A DNA stretch of 64,000 nt from Sphingobacteriales bacterium (GCA_018262795.1 JADFDM010000013.1:8159-72158), one strand, 5' to 3'. Shown: positions 49,329-59,726, numbered from the stretch's first letter. A program made the numbers and translations. Notes: generated from the letters alone by a model not told the origin.

Positions 49329-50648
49329 ATGTCCGATTGGTCTTCCACTCCCAGTAATTTCTTTACCCGATTTGTAGTACCACTTTTTTTGGTAGTCGTT
49401 ACTCCGCCATTCGCCATGCTGTTTTGGCATGTAAATGTAGAACTGAACGGCTCCTTCCTCGCTTTGTGGAATGAAATACTCGACAAGGGCTTGCTCAGAA
49501 TCATCAACGAAGTTTGGCTCGCTCGTTTCTTCGGCTCTGCTATTGCTTGGAAAATGATTGGTCTTTTCGCAGCGCTGCAATTGCTGCTGATGCGCATCGT
49601 GCCCGGCAGAAAATACAAAGGCACCATCACCCCCAAAGGCAATGTGCCCGAGTATGTAGATAACGGATTGGCCACTTACCTGCTCACCTTTGTCATTTAC
49701 TTTACTTGTGCTTACGGCTTTCATTTATTCCCCGCAGGCATCATTTACACCCACTTTGGCGACCTATTAGGCGCGCTCAATTTTACCGCCTTAGCCTTTT
49801 GCCTGTTGCTTTATTTCAAAGGGAAATACTTCCCCTCTTCAAGCGACCATTCCCACACCGGCAATTTCATCTTCGATTATTACTGGGGCACCGAGTTGTT
49901 TCCCCGCCTCTTCGGCTGGGATGTGAAGCAGTTCACTAATTGCCGCTTCGGGATGACGGGCTGGTCGCTCGCAGTGGTGTCATTTGCCTTTGCGCAATAT
50001 GAAATATACGGCCGTGCCGACTGGAGCATTATCCTCTCTGCCGCTCTCATTTTTATTTACCTCTTCAAATTTTTTATTTGGGAAGAAGGCTACATGAAAA
50101 GTATGGACATACAAGTAGATCGCGCGGGTTTTTACATCTGTTGGGGTTGCTTAGTGTGGGTGCCCGCAGTGTACACCTCTCCCGTGATGTTTATGGTGAA
50201 ACATCCCATTGGATTAAGCATGGGAGTAGCCGCAGTTATTTTTATACTTGGACTGGCCAGCATCTGGGTCAATTACTGGGCCGATTATCAACGCCAAAAA
50301 GTGAGAGCCACCAACGGCAAAACTACCATTTGGGGAAAAGCACCCATACTTATACAGGCCGAATACACCACCGAAACCGGAAAGAAAAAAAACAACCTTT
50401 TGCTCGCCTCCGGTTTTTGGGGCATCAGCCGCCACTTTCACTACGTGCCCGAAATTTTCTCGGCATTTTTCTGGAGTTGCGCTACGGGGTTCAGTTTCTT
50501 CGCCCCATTCTTCTACGTTATTTTCCTGACTATTCTGCTCACCCATCGCGCCTTTCGGGACGATACCAAATGCCGCAATAAATACGGAAAATATTGGGAA
50601 GAATACTGCCGGTTGGTACCCTATAAGATAGTGCCGGGAATCGTGTAG
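49329..50648 (+). CDS. ERG4/ERG24-family sterol reductase, most like 7-dehydrocholesterol reductase (DHCR7/DWF5)
   Basis: DYYWGTELFPR, DVKQFTNCRFGM, DRAGFYICWGCLVWVP, LLASGFWGISRHFHYVPE and RDDTKCRNKYGKYWEEYC motifs. Confidence 0.88.
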   Translation: MSDWSSTPSNFFTRFVVPLFLVVVTPPFAMLFWHVNVELNGSFLALWNEILDKGLLRIINEVWLARFFGSAIAWKMIGLFAALQLLLMRIVPGRKYKGTITPKGNVPEYVDNGLATYLLTFVIYFTCAYGFHLFPAGIIYTHFGDLLGALNFTALAFCLLLYFKGKYFPSSSDHSHTGNFIFDYYWGTELFPRLFGWDVKQFTNCRFGMTGWSLAVVSFAFAQYEIYGRADWSIILSAALIFIYLFKFFIWEEGYMKSMDIQVDRAGFYICWGCLVWVPAVYTSPVMFMVKHPIGLSMGVAAVIFILGLASIWVNYWADYQRQKVRATNGKTTIWGKAPILIQAEYTTETGKKKNNLLLASGFWGISRHFHYVPEIFSAFFWSCATGFSFFAPFFYVIFLTILLTHRAFRDDTKCRNKYGKYWEEYCRLVPYKIVPGIV

Positions 50649-50690
50649 GGAGTCTTGCCGTTTAAAGGTGGAAGAAGCATCCGTTATGGC

Positions 50691-51110
50691 AGAAAATAAA
50701 TCATTGCCTGACTTTATGGCAGCATTTTACACGACTAAATGCTATTTGTCGCAATACGTTGCAGCGCACCAGGGCTGAAATAGATATTTGTTGCAATACA
50801 TTACAGCGTACCACACTGAAAATTTATATTTGATGCAATCGGTTACAGCGTACCGTGTCCGGAAGAAATATTTAGTGTCATCCGATGCAGCGGACTGCCT
50901 CCGGAAGAAATATTTAGTGCCATCCGATGCAGCGAACTGCCTCCAGAAGAAATATTTAGTGCCATCCGATGCAGCGGACTGCCTCCGGAAGAAATATTTA
51001 GTGTCATCCGATGCAACATACTGCTGCCAGAAGAAATATTTAGTGTCATCCGATGCAACGTATTAAATCGCCAATAGATATGGGGTGCTATCCGATTTAA
51101 AGTTTTGATC
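50691..51110. repeat. 42-bp tandem repeat array of about 10 units
   Basis: Five near-identical units CCGGAAGAAATATTTAGTGTCATCCGATGCAGCGGACTGCCT at 50859, 50901, 50943, 50985 and 51027; in-register diverged units at 50691, 50733, 50775, 50817 and 51069. Confidence 0.9.
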
Positions 51111-51276
51111 GCAAACTGACGAAAACGTTCGTTTCTGACTTTATGGAAAGGTAAAAACCAAAAAACCATCGTAACACAACCGCACCAAGCCATGAAAGAA
51201 ATGGTATAACTGCGATGGTGAAATTTCACAAATCGGTTTACAACCGTAGATTTGGTGTTCTAAAGGGGTCCAATTC

Positions 51277-52161
51277 TTGAAAAAGAAATTAATCATTACG
51301 GGAGCTTCCGGCTTTCTGGCCTTCCATCTACTCCGAGCGACTGCCGCCACTTGGGATCTGTATGGCTTCACCCATTTGCGCCCGCTTCATTTCGATGCTG
51401 CCACCGCCATACCTTGCAACCTTACCAACTACATTGAATTAGGCAATTACTTAGAAGACATTGAGCCCGATGCCCTCATTCACCTGGCCGCCATTGCCGA
51501 TGCCAATTTTTGTCAGACAAACAAAGCGGCTGCCTATGCCGTAAATGTAGAAGCCACTAAAAATCTGGCGGGTCTTTGCAGCGATTTCCATATTCCATTT
51601 GTGTTCACCTCTACCGACTTGGTGTTTGACGGCATTCGAGGAAATTACAGCGAAGCCGATGCGAAAAATCCCTTGAATGCTTATGGAGAGCAGAAAGCCA
51701 TTGCCGAAGACGAAGTGCTGAAAATTTATCCCGAAGCCACCGTGCTGCGCCTGCCTTTGCTATTTGGCCAACCCGAGGCGAGTGCGGGCAATTATCTGCA
51801 ACAATTTATCCTCCGCTTACAGAAAGGCCAAGCCACTCCTCTCTTCACCGATGAGTATCGCAGCGTGTGCGGTGCCCAAAGTATCAGCCGGGGCATCTTG
51901 CAGGTAATGAACCATCCGGGCATTCTTCATTTGGCAGGAACCGAAAAACTATCTCGTTATGACTTCGGAATGAAGGCCGTTCGCGCCTTCGGTTTGGATG
52001 CCTCCTTCGTGCAGGCCTGCTTACAAAAAGATGTGAAGATGGCCGCCCCCCGCCCACCCGATGTATCGCTCAACATCGCCAAAGCCTTAAATTTGGGTTA
52101 TTCCCCTTTGTCGGTAGAAGAAGAACTTCGTTTAATTTCAACATCAAATTATTTCCCATGA
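51277..52161 (+). CDS. RmlD-like extended SDR oxidoreductase
   Basis: ITGASGFL, HLAA, STDLVFDG, YGEQK and APRPPDVSL motifs; TTG start. Confidence 0.85.
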   Translation: MKKKLIITGASGFLAFHLLRATAATWDLYGFTHLRPLHFDAATAIPCNLTNYIELGNYLEDIEPDALIHLAAIADANFCQTNKAAAYAVNVEATKNLAGLCSDFHIPFVFTSTDLVFDGIRGNYSEADAKNPLNAYGEQKAIAEDEVLKIYPEATVLRLPLLFGQPEASAGNYLQQFILRLQKGQATPLFTDEYRSVCGAQSISRGILQVMNHPGILHLAGTEKLSRYDFGMKAVRAFGLDASFVQACLQKDVKMAAPRPPDVSLNIAKALNLGYSPLSVEEELRLISTSNYFP

Positions 52162-53159
52162 AAAAAATTCTCTTTCTTCTATCGCTGCTCACGGGCGGAA
52201 TATTGTATGCGCAAGATGAACCACTCCTCCAACCGGGTCGGGTAGTTTTTTATAATGTAGAAAACCTGTTCGACACCATCAACGACCCCGCCACCCGAGA
52301 TGAAGACTTTCTTCCCGACTCAAAACGCGCCTGGAATACCAAAAAATACGAAATCAAAATAAGGCATATCGCCAAAGTATTGGGCAGCCTTTTCGACACC
52401 ATACAACCACTCATTATTGGTTTGTCGGAAGTGGAAAACGAAAAAGTGTTACAAGATTTGGTGGCTCAGCCCGAGCTGCAAAAATATAACCTCGGCATTG
52501 TGCACCACGACTCCCCGGACGAAAGAGGCATTGATGTGGCCTTGCTTTATAACCCACTGGTGATTGGCGAAGTGTTCAACACTTTCCTGCCCATTGATTT
52601 GGGGGAAGATAAAACCCGCGACATCGTTTACTTCAAGGCCTACATGGACGAGGGGGCTCCACTTTGGGTGTTTGTCAACCACTGGAGCAGCCGATGGGGC
52701 GGACCGGAAAAAAGTGAAAGCAAACGATTGGTGGAAGAGAAAACACTGAAAGCAAAAATTGAGGATATCTATTTGGGCGAACCCGATTCAAAGGTCATTA
52801 TCATGGGCGACTTTAACGACAACCCCACCGATGAAAGTTTAACGGCTTTAAGCACCGCTAAAAAAAATCAACCCAAACTCATTAACCTCATGAAGCCGCT
52901 GTATGAAAAAGGAAACTTTACTTTGAAGTATAAAGGCGAGAACGACATTTTCGACCAGTTCATTGTTTCTCAAAATTTAATGAACCCCCAATCGGAATAT
53001 TGTGTGCGCAATCTCGCGGCTTATATCTATTCCCCCTCGTGGCTGCTGTTCAATCATCCAAAATACGGGTACATTCCCAACCGCACTTATGTCGGTAGCT
53101 GGTGGGTAGGAGGGTATAGCGATCACCTGCCGGTGTACTTCGATCTCGTTTTTAAATAA
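52158..53159 (+). CDS. Exported endonuclease/exonuclease/phosphatase family protein
   Basis: FYNVENLFD, EVEN, DERGIDV, MGDFND and GYSDHLPV motifs. Confidence 0.9.
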   Translation: MKKILFLLSLLTGGILYAQDEPLLQPGRVVFYNVENLFDTINDPATRDEDFLPDSKRAWNTKKYEIKIRHIAKVLGSLFDTIQPLIIGLSEVENEKVLQDLVAQPELQKYNLGIVHHDSPDERGIDVALLYNPLVIGEVFNTFLPIDLGEDKTRDIVYFKAYMDEGAPLWVFVNHWSSRWGGPEKSESKRLVEEKTLKAKIEDIYLGEPDSKVIIMGDFNDNPTDESLTALSTAKKNQPKLINLMKPLYEKGNFTLKYKGENDIFDQFIVSQNLMNPQSEYCVRNLAAYIYSPSWLLFNHPKYGYIPNRTYVGSWWVGGYSDHLPVYFDLVFK

Positions 53160-53163
53160 AATC

Positions 53164-53580
53164 TCAGGCGGGATATTCAAAATAGTTGCGCTCCGTTTCC
53201 CACAGCCGCACTTGCAAATCATATTTTTTATCGAGACGATGGCGAAGCAGGTTATAAATCACCACTACAATATTTTCTCCCGTAGGATTCAGGTCCTTAA
53301 ACTCCGGGCAATCTAAGTTCAGGTTGTGATGGTCAAAACGGTGGTGCACTTCCTCCTGCATTATCTTTTTCAGTTCATCCAGATTAATCACATAGCCGGT
53401 AATAGGGTCTGTGTCGCCCACTACTCTAACATCTAAGCGGTAGTTGTGACCATGATAATTTTCATTGGCACACAAGCCAAACACTTCCCGATTTTTCTCC
53501 TCACTCCAATTTTTGTAATACAGCCGGTGCGCTGCATTGAAGGTTATTTTCCGAAATACCGCTACTCTGTTTGTTGGCAT
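53164..53580 (-). CDS. queD: 6-carboxytetrahydropterin synthase / PTPS
   Basis: FNAAHRL, CAN..YHGHNY, DH..LN and PTGENI motifs. Confidence 0.85.
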   Translation of the reverse strand: MPTNRVAVFRKITFNAAHRLYYKNWSEEKNREVFGLCANENYHGHNYRLDVRVVGDTDPITGYVINLDELKKIMQEEVHHRFDHHNLNLDCPEFKDLNPTGENIVVVIYNLLRHRLDKKYDLQVRLWETERNYFEYPA

Positions 53581-53835
53581 ATTCTATCATTTATGGAACT
53601 TATCAGTTCCTGTAAAAAGTAAGTGCTAAATTGACCTAAATAATTAATTCTTCTCCCATTCAGAAACTCGGTATGTACTGCTTTGCATACAAAAGAAGCA
53701 AAGGTGTTTCTCTTCATTTGTAATATTCGAAAAACAACGGCATTTTAGAACCGAAAATGAACAAGCCCGAAGACTGCACGAAAAAACTATACCTTGCATT
53801 CCTTCCACCATTACTAAAAAAACAATCCCACGAAT

Positions 53836-54540
53836 ATGAATTTGAAAGAAGCACAAGACTTTAAGAAATACGCGGTAAAGCATCGCGGCATTAACAGCAC
53901 ACAGGTAGAAAGGTATATCAGCAAAGTGCAGGGGCAGCAGGGCATCAACAACCTCACCCGTACCGTTATTGAGGAGCGGCAGATGCCGTTTAGAGAGGTG
54001 GATGTGTTTTCGCGATTGATGATGGATCGCATCATTTTCTTAGGCACTCCCATTGACGATTACATTGCTGCTATTATTCAGGCGCAACTGTTGTTTCTCG
54101 AAAGCAGCGATAGCCGCAGCGATGTGCAGATATACATCAACAGCCCCGGAGGCGAAGTGTATTCCGGCTTGGGAATTTACGATACCATGCAATACGTTTC
54201 GATGGATGTGGCGACCATCTGCACCGGTATGGCCGCCAGCATGGCTGCCGTTCTACTTTGCGCAGGAGCCAAAGGCAAGCGCACTGCGCTGAAGCACGCT
54301 CGCACCATGATTCACCAACCGCTGGGGGGCATCGGTGGCAAGGCCAGCGAAATCGAAATCTCGGTCAAAGAAATTCAGAAAATTAAGGGAGAACTCTACG
54401 AAGTAATTGCTTTCCACACCGGGCAAACGATGGAAAAGGTGGCGCTGGATAGCGATCGCGATTACTGGATGCGCAGTGATGAGGCCAAGGAATACGGAAT
54501 GATTGACGAGATATTAGTACGCAACACTAAGCGCGATTAA
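53836..54540 (+). CDS. clpP: ATP-dependent Clp protease proteolytic subunit
   Basis: DVFSRLMMDRIIFLG, YINSPGG, AASMA and MIHQP motifs. Confidence 0.96.
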   Translation: MNLKEAQDFKKYAVKHRGINSTQVERYISKVQGQQGINNLTRTVIEERQMPFREVDVFSRLMMDRIIFLGTPIDDYIAAIIQAQLLFLESSDSRSDVQIYINSPGGEVYSGLGIYDTMQYVSMDVATICTGMAASMAAVLLCAGAKGKRTALKHARTMIHQPLGGIGGKASEIEISVKEIQKIKGELYEVIAFHTGQTMEKVALDSDRDYWMRSDEAKEYGMIDEILVRNTKRD

Positions 54541-54598
54541 ATCGTCATAGCATAACTATTTATTTTTTTCACCGTAAACAAAACGGAAGGAACCAATT

Positions 54599-55831
54599 AT
54601 GAAGAAGGAAGCAGAACCGTGTTGCTCTTTTTGCGGACGCAAAAAGCGCGAAACTCAAATACTTATTTCAGGCATCGAAGGCCATATTTGCGAAAACTGT
54701 GTCACGCAGGCACAGCAAATCATTGATGAAGAACTATTTCAGAAACACAAAAAGTTTCAGTTCTCCTTGCCTAATTCGGTGAAGCCTAAGGACATCAAGA
54801 AATTTCTCGACCAGTACGTTATCGGGCAAGATGAAGCAAAGAAATACATCAGTGTAGCCGTGTACAATCACTACAAGCGCTTGAACCAAAGCAAGACAGA
54901 TGAAGTGGAGATAGAAAAGAGCAACATATTAATGGTGGGGCAAACCGGTACGGGGAAAACCTTACTGGCTCGCTCTATCGCTAAGTTTCTCAACGTGCCT
55001 TTTACCATCGTAGATGCCACCGTATTTACCGAAGCCGGCTATGTGGGAGAAGATGTAGAAAGTATTCTTTCGCGCCTGTTGCAGGTTTGTAACTACGATG
55101 TAACTGCCGCCCAACACGGTATCATTTACATTGACGAAATGGACAAAATTGCCCGCAAAGGCGACAACCCTTCCATTACCCGCGATGTGAGTGGCGAGGG
55201 AGTGCAGCAAGCGATGTTGAAATTGCTGGAAGGTACCGAAGTGCTGGTTCCGCCACAAGGCGGGCGCAAACATCCGGAACAAAAGATGGTGAAGTTAGAT
55301 ACCTCTAATATTCTGTTTATTTGTGGAGGGGCTTTTGAAGGGATTGACCGGATCATCGCCTCTCGAATGAACCAAAGCAAGGTTGGCTTTAAAAAGAATA
55401 CTGAAAAAGACAAGGTGGACGATACCAATATGCTACAGTATATTTCACCTACTGATTTGCGTACCTTTGGTTTGATTCCCGAATTGATTGGCCGCGTACC
55501 GGTGACCGTTCACTTAGACCCCTTAGATATTACTGCGCTGAAAGCGATTCTCACCGAACCCAAAAACGCTCTGCTAAAACAATACAAGAAGATATTTAAG
55601 GCCGATGGAATCAACTTGAAGTTTGATGAAGATGCCATTGATTTCATAGTAGAAAAAGCGATGGAACTGAAATTAGGTGCTCGCGGGCTTCGCTCCATTT
55701 GCGAAGCTATTATGAACGATGCCATGTTTGAAATGCCTTCACAACCGGAGAAAAAAGAGTTTTTAATCACGCATGACTTTGTGGAGGAGAAATTTGAAAA
55801 ATCAAATATCAACCGACTCAAAGTAGCGTAA
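54599..55831 (+). CDS. clpX: ATP-dependent Clp protease ATP-binding subunit
   Basis: CSFCG zinc finger, GQTGTGKT, EAGYVGEDVE, RDVSGEGVQQ and GARGLR motifs. Confidence 0.97.
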   Translation: MKKEAEPCCSFCGRKKRETQILISGIEGHICENCVTQAQQIIDEELFQKHKKFQFSLPNSVKPKDIKKFLDQYVIGQDEAKKYISVAVYNHYKRLNQSKTDEVEIEKSNILMVGQTGTGKTLLARSIAKFLNVPFTIVDATVFTEAGYVGEDVESILSRLLQVCNYDVTAAQHGIIYIDEMDKIARKGDNPSITRDVSGEGVQQAMLKLLEGTEVLVPPQGGRKHPEQKMVKLDTSNILFICGGAFEGIDRIIASRMNQSKVGFKKNTEKDKVDDTNMLQYISPTDLRTFGLIPELIGRVPVTVHLDPLDITALKAILTEPKNALLKQYKKIFKADGINLKFDEDAIDFIVEKAMELKLGARGLRSICEAIMNDAMFEMPSQPEKKEFLITHDFVEEKFEKSNINRLKVA

Positions 55832-55853
55832 CATTATCATCTTACGAACCGAA

Positions 55854-55898
55854 TAAGCCCTTGACAAAAATTTAGTGACGGAATTTGTCAAGGGTTTA
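55854..55898. terminator. Hairpin between convergent clpX and kinase genes
   Basis: TAAGCCCTTGACAAA...TTTGTCAAGGGTTTA inverted repeat. Confidence 0.55.
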
Positions 55899-56729
55899 TC
55901 ATTTCAAATGCCACTCTAATAGTCTATATACCGGATGGCGATCCACTATCCCCAATTCGCTTCCAAACTCGGCAGCTACCTCTGCTAACTCCTGCTTAAA
56001 TACAAACGCAATGGAGCCTACAAAATGAACCGGATATTGGCGGTAGTTTTTATAACACTGCACATGATATTTAAAAAACTCGCGGAAGCCTTCCTTTACC
56101 AACTCGCTGATGAAAGCCTTATCGGGGCTATCTGTGAGGGCCTGCGTGTAAGTCGCCAAAGCGCGATTGGCATTGGGCTGCCGATACACCAAGTCAAAAA
56201 TCTTTTCTTTGTTCAATTGATACCGGTTGCGCAACAAGGCCTCGGTGGCAGGGGGCAACTGATGGTACAGAAACAAAGCCAGTAATTTTTTACCGAACCA
56301 AGCTCCTCCTCCCTCATCGCCCAACACATAGCCTAATGCGGGCACTACCTCGGTTAATTCACGACCATCGTAGAGGCAAGAGTTAGACCCCGTGCCGAGA
56401 ATACAGGCAATGCCGGGCACCCCGGTAAAAGTAGCTACGGCTGCCGCCTTCAGGTCGTGATCTACTGCTATTACTTCGGCCTTGTCAAAAAATAATTGGA
56501 GGGCTTTGCCAATAATTGCATTGCGCTCGTCACTGGAGCAACTGGCTCCATAGAAAAATATTTTCGTGAACTGATGACGAGCCTTTACCAAGTCTTCGTT
56601 TTTCTGCAGCTCCCCATATACAAAATCAGTGGTGTGAAACATCGGATTAAAGCCAATGGTCTCAAATAATTTTTGGTCTTCGGCCAACCAATTGGTTTTA
56701 GTGCTGCCGCTTTCTGCTATCAGTATCAT
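55899..56729 (-). CDS. BadF/BcrA-type ATPase, N-acetylglucosamine kinase-like
   Basis: MILIAESGSTKT, ILGTGSNS, GYVLGDEG.G and FVGSIA motifs; ATG at 56729. Confidence 0.85.
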   Translation of the reverse strand: MILIAESGSTKTNWLAEDQKLFETIGFNPMFHTTDFVYGELQKNEDLVKARHQFTKIFFYGASCSSDERNAIIGKALQLFFDKAEVIAVDHDLKAAAVATFTGVPGIACILGTGSNSCLYDGRELTEVVPALGYVLGDEGGGAWFGKKLLALFLYHQLPPATEALLRNRYQLNKEKIFDLVYRQPNANRALATYTQALTDSPDKAFISELVKEGFREFFKYHVQCYKNYRQYPVHFVGSIAFVFKQELAEVAAEFGSELGIVDRHPVYRLLEWHLK

Positions 56730-57261
56730 GGTATAAATATTGCGAAAAGAAACTGCTTTCGGAGGGCGAATCTCAGGAACACCAAACAAATTGGGGATGG
56801 TGGAATTTGAATTGCGGATTACCCAATTAACCAGTACCGATTAACCATTAAGGCTTAACCATTACACCATTCCCCTAATTCTCTGACTTGTATGCGGCAA
56901 ACATGGGCTGACTGATCTGCAAATGGGTAAAAAAATTTCTCAACACTGATTTTTACACCTAAAAGTGACCGGAAGAAATTCCCTGCGGCTCACTCCACAA
57001 CCTTCCCGTTTAGGCTTCTCTTTCTGTTATTGCAGCAACTTCATCTTCCATGAGAAGGATTTAATCTTCCGCGGCAGGGACAGTAAGTTTTTCTTTCATC
57101 AGTTAGCAACCTCCTTATTTATTTGTCAGGTTAGTCGAAATGTTTGCAAAGTAATTTTCAGCTTTTCGATGGCTTTTTCGTCTATGCAATTGCAAATGAC
57201 GTTGTCCTCAACGTTTCTCTTTATTAGTTCTGTAGTTTTCAGTTCTTTCGCCAAGTGGCCA

Positions 57262-57927
57262 TTAACTTTTTTCTTTTTCGTGCTTCAGCACTTTGGCTTC
57301 CACATAAAAGATGATCTCTTCGGAGATATTGGAACTTAAGTCGCCTACCCGTTCAATTCTTCTAACAATGGAAATCATGTTTAACAGCGGCATAACAGCT
57401 GCATTTTCTTTGCTTATATAGGAGGCAATAATTCCGGTTGCATCTCTGTTAATGGAGTCCAGTTGTACATCCTTATTGAAAACAGCACGAGCGCGGTTAG
57501 TGTCATCGTGCTGTAGGGCATACATGTTATCTTCAATCATGGAGCTTGCAATTTCATACATCTTTAGTAGTTGTAGATCTCTGAGAAGATCGGGATCAAA
57601 TTTGCTGTTGCTCTCCAATATACACTTTGAAATTCCTTTGGCGCTGTCACCTATACTCTCCAAATGGGAATTGATTTTGAAGGAGGCAAAAACAAAGCGG
57701 AGGTCTATCGCAACAGGATTGAACAGGGCTGTAATGTTTTCGCATTCACGATCAATCTTTAACTCCTCAGCGTTCACTCTTCGTTCGTTGAAAAGAACCT
57801 CTCTTGCCAGATTTTGATCGTTGGCCTCCAGTGCCTGCATACTTTTGCGCAACTGCTTTTGAACCAACAAAAACATTTCAATGAGATTATTTCTTAAATC
57901 TCCTAGTTCATTATCTAAGTGTGTCAT
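57262..57927 (-). CDS. phoU: Phosphate signalling protein PhoU
   Basis: P.AIDLR, LESIGD and IERVGD motifs; last gene of the pst operon. Confidence 0.93.
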   Translation of the reverse strand: MTHLDNELGDLRNNLIEMFLLVQKQLRKSMQALEANDQNLAREVLFNERRVNAEELKIDRECENITALFNPVAIDLRFVFASFKINSHLESIGDSAKGISKCILESNSKFDPDLLRDLQLLKMYEIASSMIEDNMYALQHDDTNRARAVFNKDVQLDSINRDATGIIASYISKENAAVMPLLNMISIVRRIERVGDLSSNISEEIIFYVEAKVLKHEKEKS

Positions 57928-57955
57928 TATTTTTCAGTTTAGGCGTACTCTATAA

Positions 57956-58843
57956 CTATCCGAATCTACCTGTGATATAATTTTGAGTTTTTTCATTCTT
58001 AGGATTTGTAAAAATGGTTTTGGTTTCGTCAAATTCAACTAAATCTCCCAGATAGAAGAAGGCGGTACGGTCGCTTACACGAGCCGCCTGCTGCATGTTG
58101 TGGGTCACAATTAGGATAGTGTATTTCTGCTTTAGGTCATAAATCAGTTCTTCAATCTTTGAGTTAGAAATAGGGTCAAGAGCTGAGGTGGGTTCATCCA
58201 TCAGAATGATAGAAGGCTCAATAGCGATAGCGCGTGCAATACAGAGGCGCTGTTGCTGCCCCCCGGAAAGTCCCAAAGCATTTTTATGTAGCTTATCCTT
58301 TACCTCGCCCCACAAAGCCGATTGCTTTAGGGAGTGCTCAACGGTTTCCGCAATAATTTTTTTGTTTGTAATTCCGTTTACCCGCAGACCATAGGCCACA
58401 TTTTCGAAAATGCTTTTAGGAAAAGGGTTGGGCTTCTGAAAAACCATCCCTACTTTTTTTCTTAATTCATTTACTCTGAGTTCGCGTGAAAAAATGTCTT
58501 TCTTATCAATCATTACCTCACCTTCTAAGCGAAAGCCTTCAATGAGGTCATTCATTCGATTGAAGATGCGCAGAAAGGTTGTTTTGCCACAGCCCGAAGG
58601 ACCAATAAGGGCTGTTACGGTATTGGGGTCAACCGCCATTTCAATATCACGGAGGACGTGAAAATCGCCATACCAGCAGTGCACATTTTTTATTTCTATT
58701 TTTTTCATCGGCTTTGAAGGGTTTTTGCCCAACAGTTTTTCATTTATAGCAGTAGTGGATTCGGCACTTACAATTTCAGACTGCCTTTTAGTGCTTGTTT
58801 TTTTTATGTTACTCATTTTCGTCAGCATTTTATTTTGTTTCAA
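57956..58843 (-). CDS. pstB: Phosphate ABC transporter ATP-binding protein
   Basis: [36 protein letters not shown] and YITGRFG motifs; true start uncertain (58816 or 58708 also possible). Confidence 0.93.
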   Translation of the reverse strand: MKQNKMLTKMSNIKKTSTKRQSEIVSAESTTAINEKLLGKNPSKPMKKIEIKNVHCWYGDFHVLRDIEMAVDPNTVTALIGPSGCGKTTFLRIFNRMNDLIEGFRLEGEVMIDKKDIFSRELRVNELRKKVGMVFQKPNPFPKSIFENVAYGLRVNGITNKKIIAETVEHSLKQSALWGEVKDKLHKNALGLSGGQQQRLCIARAIAIEPSIILMDEPTSALDPISNSKIEELIYDLKQKYTILIVTHNMQQAARVSDRTAFFYLGDLVEFDETKTIFTNPKNEKTQNYITGRFG

Positions 58844-58868
58844 TGCCCATGTTTACCTATCATTCCTT

Positions 58869-59726
58869 TTACCATTTTACTCTGTTCTGCCACCTATTTC
58901 GCAAAATCACCGCAGCTCCATTCATCAGTATTGTTATTAGCATTAGCACGATGATGGCAGCCGCAGCGTTTATGATAAAACCTGCCTGTGGACGTGATAC
59001 CCAGTTGTAAATCTGAATGGGCAATACTGTGAAAGAATCGAAAACTGACTTAGGAACAAATGGAACATACATTAATGCCCCTACAACAATTAGGGGAGCT
59101 GTTTCACCAATAGCCCTTGACAGAGCAAGGATAATACCGGTCATTATACCGCCTGAGGCAGCCGGCAACATCTGCATCCAGATGGTTTGCCATTTGCTGG
59201 CACCTAGTGCATAAGAGGCTTCGCGCATGGTAGAAGGAACGGTTTTAATGGCTTCGCGGGTAGAAACAATAACAATGGGTAGAATAAGCAGTGAAAGAGT
59301 TAGGCTTCCCGAAAGAATGCTCTGGCCTAAGTGAAGAGTGCGCACAAAAATCTCTAATCCAAGTAGCCCGTAAATAATAGAAGGAACACCCGCTAGATTA
59401 GAAATATTGATTTCAAGAAATGAAGACCACCATCCTTTTCGGGCATATTCCTCCAAATAGATACCGGCTCCTATACCGATTGGGATAGCAAAAACAGCCG
59501 TAGTCACCATTACCCATAAAGTGCCTACCAATGCCGTAAGGATACCGGCCTGCTCAGGTCTGCGGCTCGGAAGGGCGGTGAAGAAATCAAAAGACAAACG
59601 GTGCAGGCCATCCATCCCGATTTTAATCAACAGCACAGCAAGCATGATCAGACCAATGGAAGTCGCAATGATTGCCCAAATCTTAAAGGCATTGTTCTTT
59701 AGCGTTTTTACCTGTTCATTATTCAT
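58869..59726 (-). CDS. pstA: Phosphate ABC transporter permease
   Basis: [22 protein letters not shown] and RAIGETAP motifs. Confidence 0.94.
   Translation of the reverse strand: MNNEQVKTLKNNAFKIWAIIATSIGLIMLAVLLIKIGMDGLHRLSFDFFTALPSRRPEQAGILTALVGTLWVMVTTAVFAIPIGIGAGIYLEEYARKGWWSSFLEINISNLAGVPSIIYGLLGLEIFVRTLHLGQSILSGSLTLSLLILPIVIVSTREAIKTVPSTMREASYALGASKWQTIWMQMLPAASGGIMTGIILALSRAIGETAPLIVVGALMYVPFVPKSVFDSFTVLPIQIYNWVSRPQAGFIINAAAAIIVLMLITILMNGAAVILRNRWQNRVKW

Noticed and set aside
50691-51110. CRISPR or TIGR-type guide array
   Set aside because: The units are contiguous tandem copies with no unique spacers, and no cas or Nop-domain gene is in the window.
50788-51229. ORFs 50788-51066 (+) and 50843-51229 (-) as real genes
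   Set aside because: They stay open only because the 42-bp unit is a multiple of 3 and lacks stops. They have weak starts and no recognisable domain.
56960-57120. Decayed response-regulator fragment after phoU (minus strand MKEKLTVPAAED*ILLMEDEVAAITEREA*)
   Set aside because: Too short and interrupted. The resemblance to a receiver N-terminus could be chance.
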